From: Zootoca vivipara
Taxonomy: Eukaryota
DNA: 64,000 nt
Direction: 5' to 3'
NCBI RefSeq assembly: GCF_963506605.1
Contig: NC_083292.1
Span: forward strand, 15,500,001-15,564,000
Below, piece after piece: positions 22,101 to 37,100 of this stretch. Every line of letters begins with the position of its first letter. Positions within the stretch are counted from its first letter, which is position 1. Under the pieces are notes generated by a model. That model did not search any database. It saw nothing but the letters and a program-made list of their open reading frames with translations, and was not told the DNA's origin. The translations under genes were made by a program, and so were the position numbers.

Positions 22101-25100
22101 ATGGAGCCTTACATGGTTCAGGACCCCAAGGAGTAACTTTTCCCATACAAAGTTGCCCATGCCAACAAAGCAATGGGCCTTATCAGTAGTGGCCCCCTAA
22201 CTATCAGATTCTCTTCCCAGGGAGGCTTGCCTAGCACTGACACAGACATATTTTCGGCACCATGCAAAGATGTTTCTTCTATTTGAGTGTGCATTTTCCT
22301 TTGCAGCTCTTGGCGATATTCCTTTGGGGGCTCTTTAGGGTGGTGTGACTTCTCTTAGGGAATGGAGGGGTTGTTTTCATGGTTTGATTACCTCAAATTA
22401 CGCCTCACTTTTAATTATTTTGTTTTTCATACGTTCTATTGTTTATTTGTAAGTTGCTCCGAGTTAATTGTATAAAGCAATTAACAAACTTATAATCAAT
22501 AGTAATAGTAGTAGTGGTAGTAGTAGTGGTGTCTATGCTTTATCTGGCATTATGCTTCCTGCCCATGTGACCCTCACCTACATCCTTAACCCAGAACTCT
22601 GCTCCTACAACCCAGCCTGGAATTTGCCCATCTCAGGGCTTCTGGAATGAGGAGCCCAACAAACATCTGAAAGGGCCCCGCCTGGCAGCCAGAGCAGCCC
22701 TCACTCACATGAGTACTAGGGAAGGAGTGAAGGATACCAACTAGGGTGATGACTTTTTCATTTTTCCCCCTCAAAAAATATTTCCTGTAGCACAAATGGA
22801 TGAACTTTTGCCTATTAATGACTAAAATGAGGTATGTTCCATTGAAATATTTAAAAAGGTTACGCACAAACCGTTTTTATTTTATTTTTTTTGTATGCCG
22901 TTTTACCATTTCATAAAATTGTATTAACAATTCTATATATATTTTGTATCAAATTTGGACACAACACCACATTCCACAATGGGGAGTGTTCTTAGCAACA
23001 TAGGGTATACAAATGTCACACCTGCGCAAGGTAAAAGCCCCTTTTTGGGACCTCAAAACTCAGCCAGCCAGACCTTGCCGGGCACGCTGGGAAAAGAACC
23101 TACAGGAGAGGTAGCAAAACATCATCCTCTAGTGGCGTCTATACTGTTACTGCAGCTAAAAAAAAAGCTTCCTTGTGTGTTTGATGACCCTATATAATGT
23201 TGTATATATGTGACTCTAAAGCTTGGGTTCAGTTTTATATCTGCTTACAGTGACTTCAAAAATGGTCAAAAAACTGATAAATAATTCTTTTTAAAATCAT
23301 TTTGTGCGTGAGGTTTTTTTCAAAATCAAATCTCTTTGAAAGTAAGATTTTATCTAATCTTTAATGAAAGCTCATCAAATTATGATACAGGGAAATGAGG
23401 TTGTAAAACCTCCATCATTCTGCCTGGACCCTGAGGTCCAGCACCGAGGGCCTTCTGGCAGTTCCCTCGTTGCGAGAAGCCAAGTTGCAGGGAACTAGGC
23501 AGAGGGCCTTCTCGGTGGTGGCACCTGCCCTGTGGAACGCCCTCCCAACAGATGTCAAAGAGGAAAACAACTACCAGACTTTTAGAAGACATCTGAAGGC
23601 AGCCCTGTTCAGGGAGGCTTTTAATGTTTAATAGATTATTGTGTTTTATTTTTCTGTTGGAAGCCGCCCAGAGTGCCTGGGGAAACCCAGCCAGATGGGT
23701 GGGGTATAAATAAATTATTATTATTATTATTATTATTATTAAAAGTCATCACCCTAATACCCACAGTGAGAGCTCCATGCTCATCATAATACTCACAGTG
23801 AGAGCTTGCCGCTGCTCCTAGCACCACCAGCACTCAGCCATTCAATGAGAAGGATGTGAGCTCGAGGCAGCAGCTAAACAATGTTTCACACTTCTGGATG
23901 CTCGAAGTGGACCATCCCTAATTCTGAGTTTGGTTCAAAGTGTAGCCAATCTTGCCTACAGCAGAAAGCCTCTCACACTATATTGCCTTTTGTACAGTTC
24001 GGGAATGTGCATGGGGCTCTTCATACCAGCCGACTGGGCTAAGCACAACCCAAGCATGAACTGGGAAGGCTGTTTTGTTGCAGGAATGCTTAGCCGAGGA
24101 ATTGGTGGTAGGGTAGCAGTACTGCCAGCTGCTCCCTGAAAAGGAGTGGGGGGAGGCATAAACGTGAGCCAATGAGTAGCACAGTGGCTATGAAACTTAA
24201 GTTCCTAGTTCAAATCTCTACAAAGCCACGCAACGAGGCAAATCCAGTACCTCTCATCCTACGCCTCTTACAGAGGCCGTTGGAAAGGTTGTTTAATATA
24301 TCCTTGAAAACAGATACAACTGCCAAGCACTATTCGTATTTCTTATTCTCCTCCTCCCCTCTGCTTTTACTTTTTCCCGTTGGATGTCGCTCTTCAGCTG
24401 AGAAATCTTGATCTTCATAGCATCCAGCTCCTCATCTGGCACAAGGGAGATGTTCGGCACTGCCTCTGAATCATCCACCATTTGAAAGCTGAGGTCTGAG
24501 AGTGGAATGTACCATTTGCAGTCATACTGCTGGCTTTTCCTGCAAGTATTAAAGCAGTGTGTTAGCCAGCTTCCCCCTCTGCTCCCCTTAAGCAGCTTAG
24601 CCTCCCACAGACTTGCAGGACAATGTCCTCCTCCCTGAAGCAGCCCCAAAGTTTAGCCAGGGTAACTAGCTCCCTGCCTTATGCATTCCAACGTTACAGG
24701 CCCATACTACAAAAAGAATCTTTCCTTTTGACAACTTGCCTAAACACCTTCCAGAATGCTGTAAAAACCCATCTGGCCTTTGGAAGACTTTCACATGTTC
24801 ATTTTCCTGAGATGAATGTTAACACCCAAGTCAGGAAAAATGTGTTGAAATGCAAGATAATAAACATGGTTCCCATGGAAGTAGCCAGTGTGAGGAGGTG
24901 CATGGCTCTCTGACTGACATATACAGTCGTACCTTGGAAGTTGAACAGAATCCGTTCTGGAAGTCCGTTTGACTTCCAAAACATTAAAAAAACCAAGCTT
25001 CGGATTGGCTGCAGGATCAGAAGCCGTGGAAGGCCAGTCGGACGTTTGGCTTTCAAAAATAGTTCGCAAACCGGAACAGACGCTTCCGGGTTTGCCACAT

Positions 25101-28100
25101 TCGGGAGCCAAAACGTTCGAGAACTAAGCTGTTCGAAAACCAAGGTACGACTGTATGCTCTCTCTGCTATATGGTGTACTACCACCAGCACTGCCATACT
25201 TAGAAGCTGGATTCTGAGCCAGCTCCAGCTTCCAAGGGCAGGCCCCTATGCAGCAGCACAGACAGCAGTCAGTCTGGGAGGTTCCAAACCAAAGAGAGGA
25301 GCCAGCGCTCAAACCTGCTTGGGAGTTGCACCCTCGTAAGTGGAAGTCCTCCCTCCTAATCTGGTTGTCTGCAGTTTCTCAGAGGTAACGGAAAGGCACC
25401 CTGCACATGTTCTGAGCTGGAGAAGAACAAGGGCTGGCCTCTCCATTGGGAGGATCACTTCTGCTCCAGTTTGGTGCCTTGCCTCTGCTGCACCTGGCAG
25501 TTGCCCAGCTGTTCTTAAATCTTTTCCTCCCCGCCCCCTTATGCAATGTATACACATGGTCCTTCACATGGAGCCCACCCAGGAGAGCCTCACCCTCCAA
25601 TCTGCTTCTTGAGCTTGGCACACAGGAACAGATCAGTGAAGAGGAAAACATGGCGCAGCTTGCGGGCTCCCTCGACCAGCTCCACCATGAAACTGTCCTT
25701 CATGAGCTGACGGTGCTGCCAAAAAAAAAAAAAGGAAAGGAGAGGCAAGGGTCAGAAATGGAGACTGGGATAAGTGACAGATGTTGGCCACTGCCAAGGC
25801 CAGCATCAAGAGTTGGCCTGTCTGGGCATCAGCTGAGGGCCCTCCCCACAATACCCCAGCAGGGGCCCACTGAAGGCCCATGGACAAAAGTTGGTGTGGG
25901 TGATGGGGCATGGGGATGACCATAGCTCAGGGGTAGAGCATCTGCCTTGCATGCAGAAGGTCCCAGGTTCAATCCCCGACATTTCCCCATAGGGCTGGGA
26001 ATTGCCCCGTCTGAAACCCAGGAAAGGCACTGCCAGTCAGTGTATACAATACTAAGCTAAGTGGGCCAATGGCCTGGGCTATGCATAAGGCAGCTTCCTA
26101 TGTTCCTATAAAAGAAAGGTGCTGGGGAACTGGAGGAGAAAAGATGTGATAGGGAACTACAGGATCAGACCAAGGAGGGATTCAGCACAGGGTAGAAGTT
26201 GGGGGCGCTCGCTGGAAGCTGAGATCGTGAAGCTGAGGCTCCAATACTTTGGCCACCTCATGAGAAGAGAAGACTCCCTGGAAAAGACCCTGATGTTGGG
26301 AAAGATGGAGGGCACTAGGAGAAGGGGACGACAGAGGATGAGATGGTTGGACAGTGTTCTCGAAGCTACGAACATGAGTTTGACCAAACTGCGGGAGGCA
26401 GTGGAAGACAGGAGTGCCTGGCGTGCTCTGGTCCATGGGGTCACGAAGAGTCGGACACGACTAAACGACTAAACAACAACAGAAGTTGGGGGCAACTGGT
26501 TGTAGTTGAGGAACTGGTCCATGCAGTTGAGTGGGTCTGACAAAGTGCAAGGCGGCTTATGTTTTCTAGCCCAGTCACATGGTGAGAACCTCTGATGCCA
26601 GGGTGGCACCTCGCTGGCAGATACTGGCTGGCACAGACCCTCCACATGACGATAAGCAGCTGGCAAGGAATACTGTTCCCAGTTACTGTTATTTTGAAGC
26701 ATTTCCATGTGGCAACCACAGCGTTTGTATCAGAATTCATTCAAGGACAGGCAACTACAGGAGGGAATCTGCCTTGTAACTTGCAACTTCCTTACATTGC
26801 CAGCTTTGTCCTTCTCTTCAGATGATGATGATGATGATGATAATAATAGCAGTTTTCACAAGCTTTAAACAATTCCCTTCCCTAACTGCCCCCTATGGTT
26901 CCTCCCCAGATCTACTAACCTCATTTATAGCGATAGCCTTATATCTGTCTGCCTTTCAACCATTTATCAAGATGGGAATGATAAAATATATAGTACTGTA
27001 GTTAATTAGTCCAATAAGGATTTAAGTAGGTAAGGAATGGTAAAAGAAAAAAATAAATGAATAGAAGGCAAGGGTTTTGCTGATATTTTCAAGTTACACA
27101 AGATGAAGAGAATATAAAACACAACAGCAAACAAAACAGCAAAGAAAATAAACCAGCTTAATAGACCAAAGCTCTCAGCTAGTTTAAAGAGTTTACAATG
27201 GCTGGCCTTTAATACCAATCCAATAGTTCCACAAAGGGACTCCACAAAGAGAATACGGTAGGCCATTAACAGTGAAAGCAAAAGGCAGGTTTGAATGCTT
27301 CTAGATTTTGCATTGTGTCCAGACTCCATTGAAGGTGTCATTTGGCAAAGGGTCCCAAGAACTGAGACAGTCGCTATTTGACGAAATTTAATAAATTATA
27401 AGCAAATTTAGGTTGCACCCTTATGCAACAAAACTGCTTTTTAAAAAAATAAATAATCAGACTTGATCAAGGTGTCTCCCCTGCCAGGTAAGTATAAAAA
27501 TAATCAGACTTTTGGCAGTAAGGAGAGTAACTGGAAAATGCACTTGGAGCAAGCAGCACAACAGTCACTTGACACGATGTCATATTACCTCAGTACAAAC
27601 ATTTTAAGAACGAACGCTCAATGTCAGATTGAAAGGCCGAATCAAATTGCTGGGGCTCAAGAAGGCATTACAGAAATAAAACAACCGACAAGAAAGGAGG
27701 ATTCTCCGGGTGAAAGCCGGAAAGTCCAGAAAGAAGAGAAAGTGGGGGACTTTTTGGGTGAGAGGCCGAAAGCCCAGAAAGGAGGAAGCGAGCAAAACCA
27801 ACAAGAATTATTGAAGAACTTCGTTTTTTGCGCAGAAGAGAGAGCAGGATTTGTTTCTGCGACAGAAGCTAATGAAAGAAATTGCAAAGGTCAGGGAAAG
27901 TGGATGCCAATTAGAAGGGTTGGTGGTGGTGGTGGGGACAGCAGGGGGTGGGAGGTAAAGGTTTTTGGGTTTTAAAACATGCTAGAAACGGAGATGGGTG
28001 AAGAGGATTTTTGGTGATAGAGATATAGGTTATCCTGGACAGAAACTGGTCTGATTTATGGAATTTGCCAAATTGACTGGGAGAGTTAGTGACCAGAGGG

Positions 28101-31100
28101 AAGAGTTGGTGGGGGAAGACTGGAAACAATCAATAATTATGAGAAGTGTAATATAAATATATATATAAAGATGGTTATCTTTAGAGGAGACAGGAGGTGG
28201 TAGGGAATGGAATATAAGATTTTGTGAGAATTGAAATTAATTAAATGTGAGTATTAAGGATATGTATGTATAATGAAGTAATGGTGTATAAAAGGATAAA
28301 AATTAAGTGATGTGATTTAATTATGATTAATGTAATTAATGATAGAAGTAAGGAAATTGGAAAAGATGAAAATAGGGTAAAATTTGAGAATAACATGTTA
28401 AAAGATAGGTTTAAATATGAGTTATAGGTATGATGTATGAAAACTGCCAAATGAAAATCAGATAAGGGAGATTCGTGGAAGCCCATTTAACAATGTCTAG
28501 AAAGTGACATTGCAGTGAGAGATTTTACTTTCTTGGGCTCCTTGATCACTGCAGATGGTGACAGCAGTCACGAAATTAAAAGACGCCTGCTTCTTGGGAG
28601 AAAAGCAATGACAAACCTAGACAGCATCTTAAAAAGCAGAGACATCACCTTGCCGACAAAGGTCCGTATAGTTAAAGCTATGGTTTTCCCAGTAGTGATG
28701 TATGGAAGTGAGAGCTGGACCATAAAGAAGGCTGATCGCCGAAGAATTGATGCTTTTGAATTATGGTGCTGGAGGAGACTCTTGAGAGTCCCATGGACTG
28801 CAAGAAGATCAAACCTATCCATTCTGAAGGAAATCAGCCCTGAGTGCTCCCTGGAAGGACAGATCGTGAAGCTGAGGCTCCAATACTTTGGCCACCTCAT
28901 GAGAAGAGAAGTATCCTTGGAAAAGACCCTGATGTTGGGAAAGATTGAGGGCACTAGGAGAAGGGGACGACAGAGGACAAGATGGTTGGACAGTGTTCTC
29001 GAAGCTACGAACATGAGTTTGACCAAACTACGGGAGGCAGTGCAAGACAGGAGTGCCTGGCGTGCTATGGTCCATGGGGTCACGAAGAGTCGGACACGAC
29101 TAAACGACTAAACAACAACAAGAAAGTTAGAAGATGAAAATAAGATGAGTTTCTTCTTCTTCTTTTTCATGTTTGTTTGTTAATTTCTTTTTGTGTGTGT
29201 ATTTTTTCATTCTTATAAAAAGAATAATTTTTTTTGGGGGGGGGGAGAGGAATGAACACTCAATGAACAGTAGCCGTCATAGTCTCTTTGCAAATTTTGT
29301 GTCTACATATGTGGACAGGCCTTCTGGAACATCTCCAAACTCCCTGAAAGCCTATTTCTTTTTGTATCTTGTTGGAACAGGACAAACTTTCTCATGTGTT
29401 GCCAGCTGCAGGGGCTGCTACACCCATCCTGCAATACCTAGTGTAGCTTGGGAATTCCAGTGTCCAGAGATTATTCATTTTGCTGCTAGTGTGGTTTGGT
29501 GAAGCCCACATTTCCTGCCCTTCTAAAAACTTATTTGATAGGTATGCGGCTAATTATAGTGTTAGCATCTACTATCTCCAAGGATTTGTCCAAAACCAAG
29601 TTATTTCTCTTTTCTTCCAGAAAGGAGGTACAACTGGGCATCTACTCCTAATTTCTTCATAAAAGCAAATATTATCTGCAGCTGCTTTACAATGAATTCA
29701 CTATCAAGGCCAGCAGAGGGCAGCATACAACAATTCTCCAACTTCACAAACTGGCAAAAACTCTTACCCTTTTTAACCAAATAAAAAAATTCCTTCCAGT
29801 AGCACTAAGTTGTCATTTGTATGAGCTTTCGTGTGCATGCACACTTCTTCAGATCCCTTCAGATGCATGCACATGAAAGCTCATACCAACGACAAACTTA
29901 GTTGGTCTCCTCCCGTTGCTTAGTCCCAGCCCCTGCCAACCCAGCAGTTCAAAAGCACGTCAAAGTGCAAGTAGATAAATAGGTACCGCTCCAGCGGGAA
30001 GGTAAACGGCGTTTCCGTGTGCTGCTCTGGTTCGCCGGAAGCGGCTTTGTCATGCTGGCCACATGACCTGGAAGCTGTACGCCGGCTCCCTCGGCCAATA
30101 ATGCGAGATGAGCGCGCAACCCCAGAGTCTGTCACAACTGGACCTAATGGTCAGGGGTCCCTTTACCTTTACCTTTAAGGTGCTACTGGATGGAATTTTT
30201 TAAATTTTGTTTCGACTACGGCAGTCCAACACGGCTACTTACCTGTAACTAGAACCTTTTTAACCAAATGGCTTTGCCTATACAGTACTAGCAGCTCAAA
30301 GCCTGTGTAGGGCAATGCATTTTATTAGGATGCACAAGAACATTACAAGGCTATAAGCAAGCTTTAGAGTACTCTAGAAAGTTCTTCTCCAGGCTGGATG
30401 TCAAGGGAGTGGGGACGCAAAAAAAGCTGGGAATGGCATTTTTGCTCCAAAAGTCTGCCCTTTATACTAGTCCTCGGGGGAGTTCTGCAAGTATCACTGA
30501 GTTAGCCTCTCTAGGGGACATACAGGTTACATGATGCTATGAAGTGCTATTAGGACAAAGAAGAGATAAGGAAGGGGACCCCCCATTTATTGGTGAATAT
30601 AAATATTGCAGGTATCCAGATCTACCACCAGCACAAGGCAGAAGAGGCAGGGTAGAGAAACATGGCAATTTATTAGCAAATGTAAATATTGGTATCTGGT
30701 ACAGAATGCTGACTAGTCATTGAAGGGAAGGATGTTGTTGTTGTTGTTTAGTCGTTTAGTCGTGTCCGACTCTTCGTGACCCCATGGACCATAGCACGCC
30801 AGGCACTCCTGTCTTGCACTGCCTCCCGCAGTTTGGTCAAACTCATGTTCGTAGCTTCGAGAACACTGTCCAACCATCTTGTCCTCTGACGTCCCCTTCT
30901 CCTAGTGCCCTCAATCTTTCCCAACATCAGGGTCTTTTCCAAGGATTCTTCTCTTCTCATGAGGTGGCCAAAGTATTGGAGCCTCAGCTTCACGATCTGT
31001 CCTTCCAGGGAAGGGAAGGATATGCTAACTAAAAGGTTCTCCATGGCTTTCTTATGGCACAAAGCACTGCTAAGGGGTATAGATCCATTTAGAACAGATG

Positions 31101-34100
31101 TCGTTTGCAAACTCAACTCACAGCGCACTCCTTATTAGCAAATATATAAACAGCACCATCTGTACATAATTTCTCGAGCCAGTAATTCAAATTTCCTCTA
31201 AGATTCCTATTTGTGAAAAGTTGCAGATTCCCCATTATTTCTGGTTCAGTGGGAATTATTCTCACAGAACAAGTATTCTTAAGGTATCAAAGTCAAACAA
31301 TATAATGCAAGAGCTTCTTCTCAGTAAATGTTTTGGATCTGGGTCTATTCCAACATAACAGTTTGCACTGAAGCTACCACAACTTTCTCGGGCTCTCCTG
31401 TGGCTGACTCATCTTAAAGTATTTTTTTACAAAAGGCTGAGTCCAGTCAGGGTTAGGAGCTGGTTGCTAGCAAACAATTCCAGTCTCCATCCCTGTCAAG
31501 GACAAGCAGAATCCATTTTGGAGGGGCCTCCTTGCTTCCCTCGCTACTCAGATGCTTCAGAGATGCCAGCCTGCATTAATGCCTTTGCCATCCATGTGCG
31601 CTCATTTCCCCCCAAGGACTGTAGAGCTAAAGATGCCAGACGAATACACACGGGTGAGCTTTGCAGTCAACTTCTGAAGAAGGGGAGGATTCAGTCGCAG
31701 AGGGCCATAAAACAAGGCAGTCCAAAGCCCTCATTTAATATTTTTTAAGGAGCAGATGAATATGGAGGAGACAGCAAATAAGCTCTGCTCCTCTGGGGCA
31801 TGGCAAACGAGCCCACGCTGCCAACCAGATTTTCATCTTGAGGTGCAAATGCGTTCTTGTGCTTCAATGGCACTCTCTGCAGCAATGCTGACAATCCCCA
31901 GCTGCTCCCTCCCCTTTCCATTGTGGCTGCTTGGAAAAAAGAGGTTGGTTTGGTGCCAGGTGCCTACAGACCAAGGTCAGCTGTGCTTTCTGCCCATCAC
32001 CAACACAAGACAAATAGAGTAATGGCCTGCTGTGCATTCGCAGTCATTCTCTGGGCCAACTCACACATCTAGGGCAGGGTGAAAACTTCAGCGGAATACA
32101 GCATGCAGGACTGGATGTATGGATGCTTCCACAGATATCCAAGCACCTGTTCTCCATGTGCTGACATAGCCCTCCTTGTTGATATTTTCCAGAATGTGGC
32201 AAGCCATGATTTGAACCTATGCAGCCACGAGACAACTGGCCGCCTGGACTCAGGTTGGCTCCTACATGTTGGAAGCTGAATAAATTTGTGAGTAAGCGTG
32301 AAAAAGGTGTGGGGGGAACAACCCAGGATGGCTCCCTCAAATCAGAAATGATCACTTTCAGGCCAAGGTGGAAGCAGAAGGCAGCCTGGTAAGATCTCTC
32401 CTCTTCCGGGAGGGGAGACTTTGCGGGCGGGACCCGCTCCATGCGACAAGCAGGGGGGCATGTATCGGCCCCCTGCTACAGCCCCACTGCCGCGCCAAGT
32501 CTCTGGCCTGGGGGGTGGGGTCTGCATACATTTAAGGCAGCGCAGCAGCATTCAAATTCATAGGGGTATCCCCTTAAGGGATCCTGCGGTTGTGGATCCC
32601 GTCCGATGCCCTGCTGAGGCTAGGGCCATGGCACGACCCCCGGTGACACTGGGGGAGCTTTCAGTTGTATTTGCATCAACAGGCTCCTCCCTCGGGGTGT
32701 TAACCTTATATGACCCCCCGCTGAGCAGGGTGGAGTCACGTTTGCTAGGGTGTCCAATGCCTAAGCCAATACCTCTCACTTGCTCTAACCAATAAAGTTG
32801 TGGCCTTATTTTACCCATTAACTCAAATCCATGTGTCACTGTGTCTTTATTTCTCGCGGGGGGCGGGTCCTCGAACCGCAACGGCAATTCTTGCATTGGA
32901 TTGTGGCCAATTTGAGGGCAAGGGAATGAGCCAGGGGCATGTCCCCTCTGTGGTTCAAGGCTATCCTCAGGCCGGCCTCTATCTCCCGTTTGCGCTTCTT
33001 TGCAGGGCCTGGAAATGAGCATGCTCTAGTGACTCGGGGGGAGGAGGAGGAGATAGCAGTTACTAGAACAATCAAGACTTCCCACTCCTGGCAAACGGTC
33101 AGCCTGTGAGGCAGTGTTGGGGTCATGCCTTCTTGACTGCCATGACTCATCTTGCCAGGAGGGAGGGAGGGGAGGGTTTCAGCACGTCACACACAGAGAG
33201 GAAGGGAAAGGCCTTTGCTGACTCGCTCCTGGGATGCTGGGGGAGGAGAGGCAAACTCCCTGGTAAGTCCCGGAACATCCGTAGGAGACCTACTGGGCGC
33301 CCACAATGCCAGCCAGAGAAGAACGACGTTCCATTCAAGCTCCACTTGCTCAGCAGCGAGGATTGCAGGAGGCTGACTATAAGCCACACCCCATCCAGAA
33401 AGTACTGGCAAGACACCAGCCCTCTTTAAAGTGCTGCATTTTAAACTGATAGGCATGGCTGTGCAGTTTCGTCTTCAGTCTGGTGCTCCTAAACACAGTT
33501 CTCTCAGCAGCTCTGCATTTAACCCTTCCACTCACACAAGAACAATGGTAAACCCCATTTCCAAAAGAGACTTTCTGAAGCCAGAAAAAGTGAGGTTGGG
33601 GAAAGGAAATAAACACTGGGTCCCACCTGCAGCGAGGGTGGGGATGTCTCAAAGTCCCCTGTCTCACATGAAAACATCCTCCAAAATGTAGACGAATAAG
33701 CCCATCCTTCCTGTCTCTCAAAGAGCAGGCATTCACTGAAAGAAGACAGCTTCAAAAGAATGTAAGAAAAGCCTGCTGGATCAGGCCAAGGGCCCATCTA
33801 GCCCAGCTTCCTGTTCTCACAAGCAGCCAACCAGATGCCTACATGAAGCCAGCAAGCAGGATTCGAGCACAAGAGCACTCTTCCCTCCAGGGATTTCCAG
33901 CAACCTTCAGGGCCTAGAAGCCTCTTTTCAAGGCCAAGACTTTGCCTTTGAACATAAATCATGAAGAAAAGAAGACTTGTGAGCATATGCAGAGTGCAGC
34001 TTTCATACTGGGCTCCCAAAGCAGGGCCAAAAAGCTAGAGACAGAGAGAACACGATGGATTTTGAAGTGAAGGATCCAAAAATGAAGCTGCTGCAGGCAC

Positions 34101-37100
34101 TGGGAAAGGAAAGGTCTGACTGTTCCAGATAACACACTGAGAGGGTGCAGATTCCTTCCTGATTCTGCTTGCAGTGCAGAGAATGAGAAGTTCAAAGTTC
34201 AAAAGGAAATATTTGGGCTCCTTAGCATTTTTGAAACGGATTGTGCAGCCACTCCCTGCCTCCCTCCAACTTGCTTTTGCACAGAAAACTCAGCAGGTTC
34301 AGAAAAGCTCTGCTTCATTGCATTCAATATTCAATATTCTTTTGTAAGTTCCCTCAATTTTTAAATTTATATATTGCAATCGGGTTGTACAAACTAAAAA
34401 AAGGATCTAAGTAAATCTGACCAAAGGAAGCACTAACAAGCCAGATCAATATCCAACCCAGCTGTAGTATCCTAATCGGACTCCCCACCTCTTGCCTCCG
34501 CCTGCAAAGCAGGCAGATCACAGTAGGCCTCCAAGGGAGAGCTCACTGAAAAAAGCAACTGCACAAATTCTGGCACATGCAAGGGAACATAAGCCTGCTG
34601 GATTGAGCAAAAAAGGACCCATCTAGTTCAGCATTCTGTTCTCGCAGTGGCCAGCCAGATTCCCCAGGGGGAATCCTGCAAGCAGGCCTTGGGTACCAGA
34701 GCACACTCCTCTCCTGTGGTTCAGAAGCATTGCTGCCTCCAACTGTGGAGGCACAGCATAGCTATCATGGCTAGGAACCCCGGAAGTGACCCATCTGCAG
34801 AGCACATGCTCCCAGTGGAAAGGTGTCCATGCAAGTCAGCCTGGGTGCTTTCACAACTACCTGCAGCTGTAGAATCCTGATGTAAACTAAGCTAAAGGCT
34901 AAAGGGACCCCTGACCATTAGGTCCAGTCGTGACCGACTCTGGGGTTGCGCGCTCATCTCGCATTATTGGCCAAGGGAGCCGGCGTATAGCTTCCAGGTC
35001 ATGTGGCCAGCATGACAAAGCCGCTTCTGGCAAACCAGAGCAGCATATGGAAACGCCGTTTACCTTCCCGCTATAGCGGTTCCTATTTATCTACTTGCAT
35101 TTTGATGTGCTTTCGAACTGCTAGGTTGGCAGGAGCTGGGACCAAGTAACGGGAGCTCACCCCGTCACAGGGATTCGAACCGCCGACCTTCTGATCAGCA
35201 AGCCCTAGGCTCAGTGGTTTAGCCCACAGCGCCACCTGGGTCCCATCCCACCTGGATGTAAACTAGCAGTTGCCAATTTGGGCACACCTGTGCCCACAGA
35301 GGTCTTTCTCTGGTCTCCAAAGGGCTCCCTCCTCCTGCTGAAATTAGGTTTGACAGAAGTGTTCTGTGTGCAGTTAATTGCACTGTGTGTGGTGCCCAAG
35401 AACAGTTTTGCTGGTTTACATCCAATGTGCTTAATTGCTTGGATTATCAACTTCTCACGATATACAAGATGAATTGTTACCAACATGGCCAGGATATTTC
35501 GGAAAAACAAACCAATAAGTATTGGCTTCTAATGCCTTCCAAGTGAACTTTATCAGGGTGAAAACCTAACGAGGGAGTTGGGTATTGTCAGGGGGACTCC
35601 TTAGAGGGACCCTCCCCCAGTCACCCTGACCAGCACTTCATCCAGTGACAGCACTAGCAGCGGGTCAGGAGGAGGGAATGAGGGATGGAGCGGGATGGAG
35701 AGGGGGTTCTCAGACGTGTCAGAGCCTAGACACCGACCCAGCTGGCCAGAGGGGGGAGGACAGCGCAGCGAGGTGTCGGAGAAGCCTGGGCACCCCAAAG
35801 CGCCTCCCCTTAGCCCTGTGTGTAGGCGCGCCCCTCAATTCGGGTGCTGGAAGGGGCTCCAGCCAAAGGACGGGAGAAGGAACGCAGCCCATTCCAGCAC
35901 CCGAATTGAGGGGCGCGCCTACACACAGGGCTAAGGGGAGGCGCTTTGGGGTGCCCAGGCTTCTATGCTGGTCCAAGACGCGACGGAAGCCACTGCCGGG
36001 TTCAGAATCAGACTAGGCAGTCATGTTTACTGATATCTCTGCACTGTAAATAATATGCACAATAAAATTCTGAAAGACAGAGCGGACTGGCGCATCTTTA
36101 CTCAAGAGTAGCCGCAACAATCCCCTGACAGGCATGCTTAGCTTGGAAAAGAGGAACTGAGAGGAGATATGGTAGCCGTCTTCAAATATCTAAAGGGCCG
36201 TCACATGGAGGGATCAAGCTTGTTTTCTCCTGCTCCAGAGGTTAGGACCTGAACCAACAGATTCAAGTTATGAGAAAGGAGATTCCCACAATACATCAGG
36301 AAGAACGTCCTGGTGGTAAGAGCTGTTCGACAGTGGAACGGGAACATGGTGGGCTCTCCTTCATTGGAGGTTTTTAAGCAGAGTTGGATGGCCACCTGTC
36401 ATGGATGCTTTTGTTGAGATTCCTGCATTGCAGGTGGTTGGACCAGATGAGCCTCAGGGTCCCTTCCAACTCTACAATTCTATGATCCGCAGAGGAAAGC
36501 CTTCCCCAGCAGGTTTTACTAAGAGGCCTTAAGCATTTTCCATGACGAAGAATTATGTCCTAATGCAATGGGTGCCACCTCTGCTTGGGCTTGGTTTCCC
36601 TGCAGATTTTTCTATACCTGAGCCTTTTCTCTATTTCTGTTTCAACCACAAGGCCTCTGCATACAAAGGCCTCTCGCCACTGGATGGCACTGAGTGGACA
36701 CAGTGGTTGCAGAGAAGCCAGGCAAGCTCTGGGGCTGAGGCTCTTAAGCAAGCTCTGTAGGCCTGCGCTGCCACCCACCCGCATCCTTGCCGCAATTAGC
36801 AGGCCGTCACTGCGGAGATTAAGCACCAGAAGCGCTGCTTCCCTCAGCTCAAAAAGCACCAGGGAGAGGAAAGCAAAAGCAGCGCTGGTGAGAAAAGAAG
36901 TGGGGCCGCGCAGAAAGGCTGAGCAGAGCAAAGTGCCCCAGTTGTTGCAGAGATTAAAAGGAAGAGGAGCACCGCGGGCCAGATGGGGAAGCAGAATTGG
37001 GGGGGGGGAGGGAGGCTTTGCAGCAACATGGAAATAAATTATCTCATTTTGAGGACTAGCGCCCACCCTCCATACGTGAAAGAGCAAGAGAGCGAGCGCA

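Noticed and set aside
25912-25990. tRNA gene (also 38225-38300 and 54284-54350)
   Set aside because: Degenerate stems followed by SINE bodies; these are tRNA-derived SINE heads.
27463-27975. 170-aa K/E/Q-rich ORF
   Set aside because: Purine-rich, adjacent to decayed L1/Tx1-like sequence, non-ATG start and no recognisable domain.
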